Shown piece by piece: positions 40,736 through 56,550 of a DNA stretch of 64,000 bases. The translations under genes were made by a program, and so were the position numbers. Position 1 is the first letter of the stretch. Each line of letters opens with the position of its first letter. The stretch comes from the human T2T-CHM13v2.0 reference genome, Homo sapiens, in NCBI RefSeq assembly GCF_009914755.1, contig NC_060942.1, one strand, 5' to 3'. Under the pieces are notes generated by a model, which did no database searches, was not told where the DNA came from, and saw only the letters and a program-made list of their open reading frames with translations.

Positions 40736-42829
40736 AGCTTGTCCCCTCTCCTGGTGAGCAGGTCAGGGGGCCACGGCAGATGCTTGGCTTGGGAGTTGGG
40801 CGTCCAGCCACCAAGGCAATTCTGTCCCTGCTAGGACTCTAAACTGATCCAGGTAGCTTTGTTTTGTTTTCCGTGTGTATTGACCTCTGGAGCTTTAGGT
40901 TTCTTAATCAGGCTCCAGGTGAAAAGCAGATCTGAGTAGAGCATTTCTCTGTCTCTCTGGGTTGGTGGTCAGCCGGGAAGCAGCCTAGGGCACCTGCACG
41001 GAGTCTGCGGGTGGAGCTGCCCTGAGCTCCATCCCTTCCCAGCACAGGGCATTTTGCTCTTGCCTGCAGGGCAGCATGGGCACACCTTCCTACCTGGAAG
41101 GAGCAGGGCTCTCTGGGAGCATCCCGTGTCACCAGATGCCCCAAAAGACGGGCCGCAACACCAGCAGTCCCCTGAACTGCTGAGAAACCTCCCTTTCTCC
41201 AGCCTCCTGCCTCCCCCTCATCTCTGCCTCTGGGTCCTTTGTTTCCATGTTCTATCTCCTCTTTATTACTTGCCTTTTTATACATTGTATATGTGGTCTC
41301 TAATGTAAAATTAAACAGGTAATTTGGTTAATCACTTACTATGAATAAAACTTCATTTTCTTTCTTGACCTTTGGAAAATTGGGGAGCTGAATATTAATC
41401 CCTTTACTCTTAAAGGAAGTGAATTGATGTAAACATAAATCGCTAGAATAACTCTTCTGGCCACCACGCCTCCCACCCCCCACCCCGTGCTGGCCTCCTT
41501 TCTTGGGGCTCAGTAGCTGCTGTGGTCGCTGCCTGCACCTCCTTCCCCAGCTGCACCCCCGGAAGTGGGGGTTGGACGCGGGGCAGCTGGGGCCGCACTG
41601 GCCTGGGTGCCTGTCTCAGGTGAGTTCGGAGGGGATGGGAGAGGAAAGGAGCAAAGTCTCCCTCGGGGCCAGTGGGGGAGAGCCCACCCACAGGAGATAG
41701 GAGATAGGGCTTTGGGGACTTCCTGAGGCTGTTGAGCGGGCAGCCACACTTTACCTCCAGAGTTTCTGAGCCAGGTCGCCTGCAGAGTGACAGGAAGTGG
41801 GGCCCTGGTTTGCTGGCCTCTGTCTGAATCATGCTAGACTGCTCTTAGAGGCCCAGCTCATTATAAATCCTGGCAGCCAAGAAGGAAAAAGGGCTGGATC
41901 CCCATACAAATTTTGTTCCTTAAATCTTTTCAGATTTAGCTAGATTCTCATGGTTCTTCCTCAAGTCATGGGCTCAAGAGTGAGGTTGCAAACACCTAGT
42001 TAATCCCCAGGCCTGTGCTGAATCCAGCCCACTCCTCTGAGGTCCCGGCTCCTGCCCGTTTCTGCACGCTTCTCTTTTTAGATCAATTTCTTTATCCTTC
42101 CTTTCTGCACTTATATTACTTGAACAAATGACAACGAAGAGGAGGGAGACTGTCTCTCCTGCCCTTTCTTCTTCCTCTCCTTCGCCTTCCTTGTCATTGT
42201 CATGCTCTTACCAAATTTCAGTAATTTCACCTCCACACCTGCTTTCAGATTCCTTTGTGGGGCCTTCTAATCTTCCTCTCTAACACTTCATTATCGCTGG
42301 TGTCATTTCCCCCCAAACTTTACATTGGTTTATTTATTGCTAATATAAATTACTAATTAGTTCGAACATATTAAAAAGCACAGATAATAATCTACAAGAC
42401 AACTGGCTTATCCTTTTCATCAAAAAAAGTAACACATTCTGTTATTTGTATAAAATCTCAAAATATTTTTAAGAAATAAAACCATGCAGAGACAGCCAAT
42501 TCCCTCCCCTCCCCGAGATTAGAAGATAACATTACCTGGCTTCTATATGTCATATAATCCCACGTAATCATGACCACATGTTCTTTTGTGGATTTGAAAA
42601 TTTTAAAGAAATAGAATAATACTATATATATTCATTTGCAGTTTGCTGGTTTCCATTCAACACTGTTATTTAGAATTTTGTCCATGTTGATACACAAAGT
42701 CTGGGTAGTTTAACTGTTGTAAGTAAATCATAGCATAAATCTATAGCCCTACTCATGGGGAATTAGTGTGTTTCCCTCCTTTTTTTTTGTATCAAAACTT
42801 TTACTCGATAAAATATGTACACCTAGTTC

Positions 42830-45556
42830 AGTAGTGCTGAGAGGGAATTCATACCCTGAAATACTTATATTAGAAAGCAGGAAAAGTCTCAAATCAATAA
42901 TCTAAGATCTAATTCAAGAAACCAAAAAAAAAAAGAGCTAAATATATACAAACAAAGTAGAAGGAAGGAAATACCCAAGAAAGAAATCCCCAGGCCCACA
43001 TGGTTTCACCGGAAATTTCTACTAAAACAGTTAAGGAGAAATTTATGGCAATTTTATACAATCTCTTCCAAAAGTTAGAACAAGTGGGAACACTTTCTAA
43101 CTCATTTTATGAGGCCAGTTATCCTGATACTGAAACTAGCAAAGACTATACAAAAAATGAGAACTATAGATCAATATCTCACAAACACTTAGAGGCAAAA
43201 GTCCTCAACAAAATATTAGTAAAGTGAATCTAGCAACACATAAAAAAGTTATATACATGGCTAAGTGGAATATATATCAGATACTCAAGGGTGGGTCAGC
43301 ATTAGAGAGTCAGTCAATCAACTATCCATCATACCATGAAGTCAAAGAAGAAAAATCTCATGAACATATAAATTGTCCCAGAAAAGACATTTGACAAAAT
43401 ACAACACACATTCATGAATAGACATGGACTATTGACTTGATAAAGAACATCCATAAAAATCCTATAGCTACATCATAATTGGTGGTAAAAACTCAATGCT
43501 TTGCCCTTTAGGTCAGAATAAGGCAAGTTCTTGCAACTCTTATTGAATATAGCACTGGACATTCTAACCAGTACAGTAAGATAAGAAAAAGAAATAAAAA
43601 GTATATAAATTGGAAAGAAGAAATAAAACTATCCAATTTGCAGATAACATGATGATCTACATAGACAATCCCAAGAAATCTACCAAAAAAAATCCTCCTA
43701 GATCTAATAAGGCAGCTCAGTAGGTTGCAGAATGTGGATTGACACATAAAAATTACTCACAGTTCTACCTACTCCACAATAAACGTGGAAACTGAAGTTA
43801 AGACACAATGCCATTTAGAAATGCCCCAAAGAAAATAAAACACTTATGTACACTGTAAAGAAATTTCAGATTCAGAATCTGTGCACTGAAATTTATAAAA
43901 CATTGATGAAAGAAGTTAAAGAAGACCTAATTACCCATAGAGAGACAACCTGTGATCATGGATTGGAAAACTCAACACAGTAGAACTATTAATTCTCCCT
44001 AATCTATACATTTGAAGAAATTCCTATCAAAATCCCAGCAAGGTTTTTGCACCCATAAACGCGCTATTCTAAAATTCATATGGAAAGGCCCAGAACCTAC
44101 AATAGCTAACATAAGTTTTATAAAGAATAATAAAGTGGAAGGAAGTCACTCCACCTGATTAAAGTTGACTATGCAACTACAGTAATCAAGACAGTGTGCT
44201 CTTGGCAGAGAGACTGACATATAGACTAATGGAACAGAATAGAGAACCCAGAAATAGACCCACAGCAATAAGTGGAAACGGTTTTTAGCAAAGGTGCAAA
44301 AGCAATTTAATGGAAGAAGGATCACCTTTTCAACTAATAGTCCCGGAGCTATTGGACATTCGTTGGCAAAACCCAAACCAAACCAAAACAAATAAGCCTC
44401 AACCTAAACCTCACACCTCATACAAAAATTAACTCAAAATGGAAAATAGGCTTAAGTATAAAATGTGAAACTATAAAATTTGTAGGGAAAAAAGGAGAAA
44501 ATCTTCGGGAACCTCAGGCTAGGTGAAGACTTAGACTTCACACCAAAAATCAAAATCCAAAAAAGGTAAAATTAATAAACTTGAATTCAACAAAATGTAA
44601 AACGTTCTGCAAAGGACTCTGTGAAGAGGGTGAAAAAACAAGATAAAGTGGTAGAAAATAATCACCGAGTGGTAAGGCCAGCATCTAGAAAATATAAAGA
44701 ATTAGGAAAACTCAGTTGTTAAAACCAAACAATCCAATTAAAAAGTAGGCAAAAGACATGAACAGACTTTTCACTGAGGAGGATACACAGATGGCCATAA
44801 GTACATAAAAAGGTCTTGATGTCATTAGCCATCAGGACAATGCAAATTAAACCATCAGGAGATATCACTACACACTTATTAGAAGAGCTAAAATAATAAA
44901 AAAAAAAAATAGTGGCAATACCAAATGCTGCCCAGGCTGGGAAGGTCCTGAATCACTCACACACCGCCGGTGGGAATGCAAAATGGTGTAGCCATTCTGG
45001 AAAAGAGTTAGCAGTTTCTCATAAAATTAGACATGTGCTAACCATATGACTCAGCAATTGCACTCCTGGGCATTTATCCCAGAGAAATGAAAACTATGTT
45101 CACACAAAAACCTGTACAAGAATGTTCACAGCAGCTCTATTTGCAATAACCAAAACCTGGAAATAATCCAAGTGCCCTTCCTGGGTGAACGGTTGAACAC
45201 ACCTTGGTTCATCCAGATGACGGAACACCACTAAGTAATTAAAAAGAAACACCTATGGACATGCTTGCCAACCCGGATGGGTCTCAAGGGAATTGCGTTT
45301 AGCGGAAAAAGCCAGTCTCGAAAGGTTGCATAGTGTATGATTCCATTTATAGAGCATTCTTAAAGCGACAAAATTATAGAAAATAGGAACCATACTGTGG
45401 TTGCCAGCCTCAGGGAGGGGGAAGGAGGAAGTCAGCTTGGCTATAAAGAGTAGCATCAAGGATCCTGTGATGAAACTCTCCTGTCCTCTGATGTGTTGGT
45501 GGTCACATGGTTCTACATGGGTGATAAAATTACAGAGAACTAAGCGCACGTGCATA

Positions 45557-45594
<38 letters not shown>

Positions 45595-45770
45595 CAGTCT
45601 ATAAAATGAGTACATGTAAACTGGTGGAATCTGAAATCTGAACAAAGTTAATGGGTTGTATCAATGCTCATTTTCTAGTTGTGGCATTGTACTATGGTTT
45701 TGTAAGATGTTATTGTTGGGAGAAACTGGTGAAGGGAATTGCATGTGAATCTACATGATCTCAAAACAGG
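42830..45770 (+). mobile_element. Degenerate L1 (L1M-type), ORF2 remnant plus 3' UTR, antisense to MBP
   Basis: ORF 43000..43227 (LYNLFQK..LSNSFYEAS..ENYRSIS..AKVLNKIL) resembles the L1 ORF2 RT region. TTTGCAGATAACATGAT resembles the FADDM motif (here decayed), and CCATATGACTCAGCAATTGCACTCCTGGGCATTTATCC is present. Many stops and frameshifts. Confidence 0.92.
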
Positions 45771-46711
45771 GTTTTACTACATTGCTTCAGTGAATATCCA
45801 CTGTGTGTGTCTTATGCACACAGACCAGGTTTTCCCTAGAGGAGATACCTAGAAGTGGAATTGTTAGATCTTAGGATACACCCACCTTCACTTTTTCTAG
45901 ATTATTCTCTAACATCTTTGTTCCTATTTACATTCTAGTCGAACTCATGTGAGGTCTAAGTTTTCTACACCTTCTCTAATATTTGGTATAGTCACAATTT
46001 AAATTTTTTTCCAGTACCGTAAAGGTAAAAAAAAATCTTTTTGCCATCTTAGTTTTGAATTCCCTGATTCCCAGAGGGTTAAAGTCCTTTTCTTATTTTA
46101 TCAGTCCATCTGGGTTTTCTCATTAGTCTCATATTTTACTCTTGAGTGGCTTGTTTCAAATTACCACATTTTAGAACTGTTTCTGTATTCTAGATCCTGG
46201 CCTCACATAGGTCTGTTTCTCCTCATCTTTTAGATATCCACCTATTTTTCACAATGGTGACTCAGACCAACGCAGTGCTATTCACAGAGTCCAGAACAAA
46301 AGAACATTCGGAATGACATTTTTACGCTTTAATGGCTATTGAGTGTGAGACATTACTAATAGCTTTGGAACATGCACTCGTGGTTGTTGCTGGCATGTGG
46401 GAGATGTTGCTGTGGAAGGCAGCTTCAGTCGGCCGGGGAGATCAGCTGCCTTCTGGCTGGCCTGTCCTACAGACGTCCCACAAACCTGGCCAGCCCACCT
46501 CTGCATAAGCCATTCCTTGCCATGAGTCTCTAATGTGTATCTCCACCTGCTTCTGTTTCTCTGGATGAAGCCTGTTCACTACAGGTTTTGACAGAGATTT
46601 AAAATCTCCTGTAGAGACTATTCCAGCTACTCGCCTGGCATTTCTGCTCAGCTGGCATTAGGGCCTGTGGCATGAGCACTCTTCCCTTAAACAGCTCCAG
46701 AGCTTCCTTCA

Positions 46712-47118
<407 letters not shown>

Positions 47119-48099
47119 TTAGAATATTTTCTTTTCTTTTTTATTGACAACTAAGAAAGCTAAGGAGAAGATGATGAACAAAGACGGATGACAGTAGCCT
47201 TATGGTGAAATCATTCTTGAAAGGAAACCTGTGTGGGACATCTCTGGGTACACTCACTCATCATTGGGGTGGAATTTTAAAAGGAGGAACGAGGAGCACC
47301 TTTGCAAGGCATCCTTCTCACCACGGCGGTGCAGAGCAGCAGTCAGGCGCTGGTGCAGACTCCCCGGATGGAATCCCGCCTCTTCTTGTGTGCCCTTAGA
47401 GTAACTTAACCTCTCTGGGCCTTGTTTCCTCAACAGTAAAAAATGAAGATATGAATAGGATGGTGACATCCAGTGAGGGCATCCTAGGGCCGTCCCGACT
47501 GTTATCCGAGGTGACAAACCGCTCTCAAAAGAGAGTCTGGCAACGTGCAAGCAGTCGATAAACACTCCCAGGCGACAGAAAAGGCACAGAGGCAGCTGCT
47601 CATCTTAAGCATGTCATATTTTTAAAGAACTTGGAGGAGGATTAAAAGTCAAACAAAATAACTTACAATTAACATTTACAAATTCAGGCAGAAATAGAAA
47701 CATCACAAGAAAGTTTGGTCTCTTGTTTTTTTTTTTTCTTTTTTCCCCAGCGTTTCGTGGCTACCTTTAATCAGCGCACACAGCTAGGACCACCACTGAC
47801 CAAACTCAAACCCGACGTTTTAAATCATGGAGGAGCCATGAGCTACCAGGTGTAAAACAAGCGACGTGTCTTACACTTTCTTATCTTTGGGCAGAACTGT
47901 GATACTTCTGGAGGATTTTCAAAGAGGATTTGAACAAAATAGCTTTGTTTAACCCGGAGTTAGTAGAAGTGGTTGTTTCAGAACAGTTAACTCCCTGGGA
48001 GTTACTCCAGCATTTACAGCAATTTTTAACTGTGTTCTTTTCCCTCAGATTTCTGTTTTTCCCACAAAAAAAAAAAAAAACAAAACCTCAAAAAACAAA

Positions 48100-48118
48100 A
48101 CACACACACGCGCGCACG

Positions 48119-48149
<31 letters not shown>

Positions 48150-50850
48150 CCTCTGCCGCGGTACCCTTCCCCTGGCCTTCCTCCACTGAAGGGCGGCTGG
48201 GTTCCAGGCTCTCAGCCGTGACCACAGCCCCGGCCCCAACCGCTAAGGAGGTGCTCATCACTGGAGGTGGCCGCCAGGGAGCTCAGTGCGGGACCTGCTC
48301 AATCCATACGGTCCCCTGACTTGAGGGTGACCGTCCTTAAACTGTCCCCCGGAGCTTCGCCAGATAAAATGTCCAAAACACACACTGGAGTTCCCTGACG
48401 TTTCCTTCCTCTGAAAAACTCTCTTTCCAGGCGGGGCGTTTTGTGGTCAGACGAGGCAGAGGCCTCCCCGGAACGAAGTCCACGCCCCCTCCCCACCCCA
48501 GCACCCAGCGAGCCCACGCGCCCCTCACCCACGCGCAGAGAAACCGAGCACTTGTTGATTCTCACGTTGTTGCAATTGGAAAACGGAACAAGGAACCAGA
48601 GCTCGCCTGTTTCCAGCCAGAGTCGCACGGGGGTCCCCAAAGACGCTTGAACCTTTTCCCAAGCCCCACTCCACCTTCCAAAACGGGGGGGCTCAGGTGG
48701 ACGCGAAAGGACACAAGGCGCTGCCCCCAGCACCCCGGAAAATCTAGTGTGGCGGCAAATGACCGCAGGTCACACACCCCGGCCTCGGGGGCCACGGAAA
48801 ACGGACGCACCCGGCCCAGGACAGGCAGTGGGGCCCAGGAGGGGACTGCCGGGAAGACCCGGGCGGGCCGGCGGGCGGCTGCGGGCGGCGCACGTGGGCC
48901 CAGGTGGGCGCAGCGACGGGCCCGGCCGAAGAGCCCGAGACAGGCCCTGCGAAGGCGGAAGCCCGGATCCGGGCTCTCCTGGCCGCCCCTGGAGCTCAGA
49001 GGGAGACTGCGCTTCGCCCCGGGGGCAGGGGCAGGAGCGCGATCGCGCGCGGGGCCCCCGGGGTGTGATTAGCAGGCGCCGCGAGCCGGGAGGACCCCCC
49101 AGCCCGCCCTGGCAGCCAGCACCCTCTCCACACCCGCCCAGAGTGGCCGCTTTTGACCGCCGTCCCCTCCCACCCTAGACTCCTCCCCTCAGCCCCACGG
49201 CCCGAGGCCGAGCGGTTTCAGCGACCCTGGGACCGCCGGGCCTGGCTGGAGTCCACCCCTGGACACCTGTCAGGGTCGGGCCCCGGCGCTGTAAACCCGC
49301 GTCTACACCCGCGCCCAGCCCCCGCGCAATGGGGATCGGGGGCGGCGACTTGGGTTCGGGTCAGGGAGGCCGCCGGCTGCTACCTGCTCGGCCACCTGCG
49401 CCGCTGCCTAGGTTCCCCCTGCGCGTCCCCAGCCAAGAAAGGGACCCGGAGTCCGGGCGTCGGGATAGCTCCTGTCCCCGATCTTGCGCCCCCGGCTCCC
49501 GCGGGGCTCCGGTCCGGGGTCCCGCCCAGGTCTCCGCGGTCCCCACTCGGAGGGGCACAGAGACAAAGGCGGCAGAGCAGCCCGCCCGTCCCCGAGGGTC
49601 ACCCACCGGCGCTGCGCTCGTTGCTCCGAGGCCGAGGGGCGCCGCGGGGTCCAAGGCCCTGCTCCGCCTGCCCAGGCCCGGGCAGGCTGGTCTCGGCTTC
49701 AAGCGCCCACGCGCGGGGTCCCCGGGCAGCCTGCTTCGCCTTCCGGGGTCGGGAGACAGGGGCCGCCGGGGCCGGAGGCTGCTTCTCTCTGGCGCGCGGC
49801 GGCGGTGACTGACGGCGGCGGCTCCGAGGGACGGGCGCGCACCCAGCTCCCCGGCCCCGCCTCCCCGGGCTTCCTGCGAGCCAGGTAAACACAGGCCGAT
49901 CCCGCCGGGCCCGCCCCACCTGGACGCGGCCGCCGGCGCCGCCCCGGGAGCTCGGAGGACCCCGGGCCCGCTCTGCCCACGCGGAACTTGGGGGGCGCAC
50001 GGGGCCCACGCGCAGGGTCAGACCTCGGAGGGGCGGCCTGGAGCCTCGCCCGCTGCCGAACTGGGCTCCGAACTGCGGCCCGTCGACCCTTCCCGTTCGG
50101 AGGCTTGGCCTCCGAACCCACCCCGACCCCGACCTCGACCTCGCGGGAGGGGTGCCAGGCCGCATCTCCCCGCGTCCTCAGGGGCTGGAAACCCCAGAAA
50201 CTGCCGATAGACTTGGCGCAGCCCCGGCCCTGCAGGAGGAGAGTCAGCCCGGCCTGGAGGCGAAAGGAGCCGGCAGGTCCTCCCAAGGCACTCCCTCCCT
50301 CCCCTGGAGCCCAGGCCAGGCCCATGTCCGGCTGGCAGGTGCTCCTCTGGGAGCTGGGAGCTGGGAGCTGGGAGCTAGGGGCGCACCTTCTCCTGCAGGA
50401 CCGGCGCAGGAAGCGTGCGCGGAAAAGACAGCAAAACACGCGCAGGTGCGAGGAAGCAGCCTGGTCCTGCAGCCCAGAGACATCGTGGTCTTCGTCGCTG
50501 TCTTGTTAAAAAGAAAAAGCCTGCTGTTCAGCCGTGACTCACCTGCACACAGATTTAGTGGTCAGAGATCTTTCTCTGGATTCTCAGCCTCCTGATGGTG
50601 GAAGAGGAGGAGGTTGGGGGAGTCCCAGAATGAGGCCCGGCGTTCCTCCTGACCTACACCCCCAGTCAGGGATCTGGATCTGGAGCTTCCAGGGGACCTG
50701 GAGCAGCCTGGGACCCACACAGTTTGTTAGGAAGTGAGGGAGAGGGGTGAGCGCTGTCCCGGCCCGCGCTGGGAGGCGGGACTCAGACTTCAGCACGGGG
50801 TCGGGGTTTCGGCCTAAAACCAGCCTCCCCCAAAGCCCCGGAGGATTTAG
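48100..50850. promoter_or_regulatory. CpG-island promoter of Golli-MBP
   Basis: Very high GC and CpG density. GC boxes (CCCCGCC ~49855, CCCGCCCC ~49910), an ETS core CTTCCTG ~49870, a forkhead-type GTAAACA at 49885-49891 and an Inr-like element at 49810; no obvious TATA. Confidence 0.9.
49607..49810 (-). other. MBP: Golli-MBP exon 1 (non-coding)
   Basis: Lies in the CpG island; donor CCG|GTGGGT at 49601-49606; no ATG inside. The start sits in an initiator-like GTCAGT (A at 49810). The junction ...cgcagcgccg|cctctgaagag matches my recollection of the Golli mRNA. The exact TSS is inferred. Confidence 0.8.
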
Positions 50851-52093
50851 CAACTGTCTTCAAATGCTGGCAACTGGAAGAGAAATACTTCCACAACGAC
50901 GCAAAAGCATTCAGTCTGGTCGTTTCCTCAGGAGAGATTTTCAAGTGGAGGGGGCAGGAGGGTTCTGAGACTTTGAGGCTGAAGGTGAGGAGGGAAAAGG
51001 GTGCCAAAGATAGTGTGTTTCTCCAATTTTTCTGCCCCACAACCTCACTTTAAGTCAAGGATGAGCGGAGTGGGCGTGGGAGGCTGGACAGCTGCCCTAG
51101 GAGCACGGGTGGTGACAATGAACCCGGGTGCACCCAGGTCCCAGCTCAAGTCACTCAAAGCTCAGGCTGGGGAAGCTGGAACACTGGGTCCCATTTTAGA
51201 TACCTGCTTTAGCATCAGAAACAGCTTTTCCTCCCCAAAATATCTCTTGGCTTTATCTCAGTGACTCCACAGGGCGGGGCCACCTTCCTGCCTGCAGATG
51301 TCCCTGTGTGCTGGGCTCTGGAGCGTCCCTCAGGCCACAGTGACAGCTGCAGCACGCGGCCTTCTGTTTGGTGCTCCTTCTGCTGGTGTTACAGTGGTTT
51401 CCTGAAACACTACATATGCCAACAGTCAGCCCTACAAATGTCAGGCTCCACAAGTTCCAGTTAAAAGTCTTTTTAAAGTATTTATGAAATTTCACCGTGC
51501 ATATTTTGTTGGGATAGAGTGTCCACACAGATGGGCAGCCAGGCAGTTTAGAAAAGTCATGGATTCTTCAAAGAAAACATGTAGATAATACTATTTAATA
51601 AAACAGTGGATTCACATTTGGATCAACTGGTCTTATCTTGGGGGCTTTCATGCCCTCCCGGTTAGAAAAAGGACCCCAGGTTGAGGACAGTGGATGGAAG
51701 AAACAGAGGCTGGCATTTCACTGTCGAGAGACAAACTTTCACATGAAGATGTCCATGTAGCCCTCAGCAAAGTGACAGAGATTCGTTGTGCTGAATAAAA
51801 TTGAAAGGCATCTTTTGACAAGTAACCCATCAAAGCCTCATTGTGTCTTTGACATTTCTAAGAAAATCACATTGCAGTTACCCCCATCTTTCACAAGGTA
51901 CCGGAGAGCAGAAAGTTTGACCTATCCATCATCTCATATGGCAGCAAATAGCAAAATGTTTTGTGCATGAAATACACTCAATAAATTTTTGTTAAGCTGA
52001 ATTAAACTCCAAATTACCCAAGCTAAAGGAAGTAAATGAATCTAAATAGTTTCCAACAGACCTCAGACTGCACGAACTTTGAGTTTTCTTTAG

Positions 52094-53140
<1,047 letters not shown>

Positions 53141-53771
53141 GGTTAGATTAAGACATAGGGAAAAAAAGGAATGAATACTCAGCTTCCAATCTAGTTAACA
53201 GAGTTCCCTGCGGGGGGTGGTGGAATGAGTGCCAGCCTCCCCAGGAGCTGGGAAGGAGCTGGACTGGGCAGGAATAGAGTGAGGGATAGGAGAGCCTTAG
53301 CCAGGTCTGTGGGGTGGGTGGGGGTTGTGTGTGTGCTGGACTTTGTGCTACATTTGATGCTCCTATAACAAGGGGATTAAATGTGACATCTTAATAACCA
53401 GCCCCAGGAAGCAGCCCGAGAGGACGGGAGGGTTGCCGGGAAGTCCAGAGCATGCACAGTGTGGATGTGCATGGGAGCCATGGCAGACCCCAGAGGGAGC
53501 CAGGAAAGGCTGTGAGGAGACAGCGGCCCTGTTGCAGGGGTGGGGTCAGCAGCCAGCTCTGAGGGAGGGAGACGGGCCCTGGAGGGAGGGGCTCAGAGGC
53601 AGGGTGAGTGGGAACCAGGAGGGCTTGGCCCTGGCTTTGGGGACCTCCCACTTCTGACCCAGACCTGCCTCCACGGTGCCCCTCCTGCCTCCACGTTCTT
53701 CCTGTACCAGGCTTCCTTTCTCTGGAGTTTGTCCTCAAAGGTGGAAAAACTGTGTTTCTACAGCGAAAGTT

Positions 53772-54190
53772 CACTGTTAAGGGTTGAACTGTGTCCCCGA
53801 AGAGAGAACTCGAAGTCCTGACCACCTAATACCTGGGAAAGTGACTGTGCTTTGAAATAGCCTTTGCTAGTGTCATCAGGTGGAGATGAAGTCCTTGGGG
53901 GGGTCCGGTGCGGTGGCCATGTCCTTGTAAGCAGAGGGGACACTCAGAGGGAAGAGGCCACATGGAGACAGAGGCAGAAGTGAGAGTCATACATCCCGGA
54001 GCTGAGGGATGCTGGGGGCAGCAGAAGCTGGGAGAGGCACGGAGGGACCCTCCCCTGCAGCCCCTGGCAGGAGCACAGCGCTGGCCACACCTGGATTTCA
54101 TACTCCTGGCCTCCAGACTGAGAAGCTACATTTCTGTTGTGAAGCCTCCCAGTTGGTGACTTTCTGTTACAGCAGGGCCAGGCAACGAGA
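53772..54190 (+). mobile_element. MLT1 LTR
   Basis: GGGTTGAACTGTGTCCCC..GGCCACATGGAGACAGAGGCAGA..CTGGCCTCCAGACTGAGA..TTCTGTTGTGAAGCC. Confidence 0.85.
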
Positions 54191-56152
54191 GCCAATCCCT
54201 CCAGGGGGAAAAACGGGCGTCCGCGCGTTCACTCTACAAAGCCTTTAGTTAAAGTGGAAATCAAGCAACTTGGCCACAAAAGTCATGAGGTGTGGGAGGA
54301 AGGTGAGCAGAGGAGACTGAGGAGGACCACAGGGCAAGGCCTTGGGAGCCATTGTGGGGAGTGAGGTCAGGGGTCAGAAGTCAGGGCCTCTGCTGGTTCC
54401 CATCCATGGCCCCAACCACCCAAACCTCCTCTCTGAAGCTGTGCCCAGACAGCCCAGGGCAACACCTGGCCTCCTCTCCCCACCTGCAGGCTCCTAGCAC
54501 CCTCCAGGTTCACAAACCCCGGGGGACAGTGTCAGGCCACCCCGCAGGAGAGACCCACCCCCTGCTGCCTGTGCCTGGTTCTTCCTCCCACAGTTAAGAC
54601 CCCAAAACCACCCTGAGAGGGTGTCATCTGCTACTTCCTTCCCAGAAGACCTTGGCCTGAATCTTGTCATTTAGTGCCTTGCGAACGTGTGCTACACTCC
54701 TGACATATGCCTAGCACTGGGCCTTGGGGGCCCAGGAGCTGGTCACAGAGACATTTGGGCCAGTGGTCGTGTTAAGGCCAGTTGCAAGGGCTGGCAACAA
54801 TAGCAGTTTGAGGGGAACTGGAAGACCCAGAGGGTGGCCCATGAGCCCTGCCCGGAAGTCAGGAAGACCCTGAGGGTGTCTTTCGAGGTGTCCTGGGGGA
54901 AATGCCAGGTGGAGAGGGGCAGAAGGGGCATTGAAGGTGTGCCAGGTGGAAGCACCAGCCAGCAAAGTCTCAGAAACATGATGTGCTGAGGAACCATGGG
55001 GTTTTTGGAGCACAAAATGTGTGACAAAGAGAGACTGAACGTCCGAGAACATCAGAGACCGAACAGCAGCTTGGAGACATCAGCTGGGGCCAGGCCGTTT
55101 TGGAGCGGGCTCCTGCCAAGGAGCTTCAGGGCTGCCCTTGAGGAAGGAGAGGTTTGAGGCCAAGGAGGGCACTAACCAGAGGACGTGGGCCGGTGAGCAT
55201 GTGGATGGCTCTGGGGAGAGCAGAGAAGTGGGGCGGGGGAGATTCCAGCAGAGAAAGCACTAGGGAAACCCATAGTCATTAGTGAGACCCAGGGGCGCTT
55301 CTCTCATTCCCTGCACTGTTTTAGGAGCCTGGTGCATGAGCCGTGAAGTCCTCACGGTGAGCGGCCTTCAGAGGAGCTCACGGATTCTCCATGCTGCACA
55401 GGGTAGTGACCCCCTGAGGGTATCAGCGACACTGTGAGCTCCTCAAGGACAGGCATGGGGCCACCGCTTAGCTACTTCAAGCACTCAGAAGAGTGCCTGG
55501 CACACAGGAGGCCCTGGATAAATATTTGCTGGATTTGTTGCAAGAAAGGGCTAGAGTCTGGCGTGGGCAGCAGGCATTCTGGCTGCATACCAGACTCTGT
55601 ACCAAAAAAAAAAAAAACCAAAAAGGTTAGGAGACTGAGCTCCTCCGGTTGGTCTCTCCCGGCCATATATTTATGTCTCTTCTTGGATTAAGCATTTCAT
55701 ATTTTTCTGCAACTTCTTTTCTCCATAGCTCAAGTGAAACGGGATTAGGTGATTATTTGACAGTTAGCAAATATCATAAGCCTTGAGGACACACTAATAT
55801 TTTCAAGTGTGTTTGGTAATCAGGAGTTATGGGAAACTGACTTAGTATTTAAAGCTTTTGGCTAAATTGTACAAGATAAATGAAACTCAGTAGTTTTTTA
55901 CTGAAGTGAACTCTCTTTTTGGCTTTGTACTGTATTATCTATTAAAGTATCCAGTAGTAATGGGTGCAAGTGAAAGATGCCAGCATGGTGTTCGGTTATT
56001 CCGGATATCTTTATTGTTACTGTTTCTGGGACTGAACATTTATATGTAACTGTTCTTACAGCAATCAAAAACAAAAATTTTAGAAATTCATCTGGTTAGG
56101 AAAATACATTTGCTTCTCTATTTGCAGAAGGACGTGTGCCACAGCTTATTAA

Positions 56153-56550
<398 letters not shown>

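Noticed and set aside
43000-43227. Reverse-transcriptase-like peptide
   Set aside because: Fragment of a decayed L1 ORF2, not a functional or novel RT system.
49599-50165. Possible N-terminal extension of Golli through exon 1
   Set aside because: This frame leaves exon 1 in phase 1, out of frame with the Golli ATG. The Golli frame has a TGA 21 nt upstream of the ATG in exon 2.
48443-50595. Many 130-250 aa Pro/Arg/Gly-rich ORFs in the promoter island (likewise 3537-4599)
   Set aside because: GC-rich sequence lacks stop codons. The ORFs overlap on both strands and have no recognisable domain.
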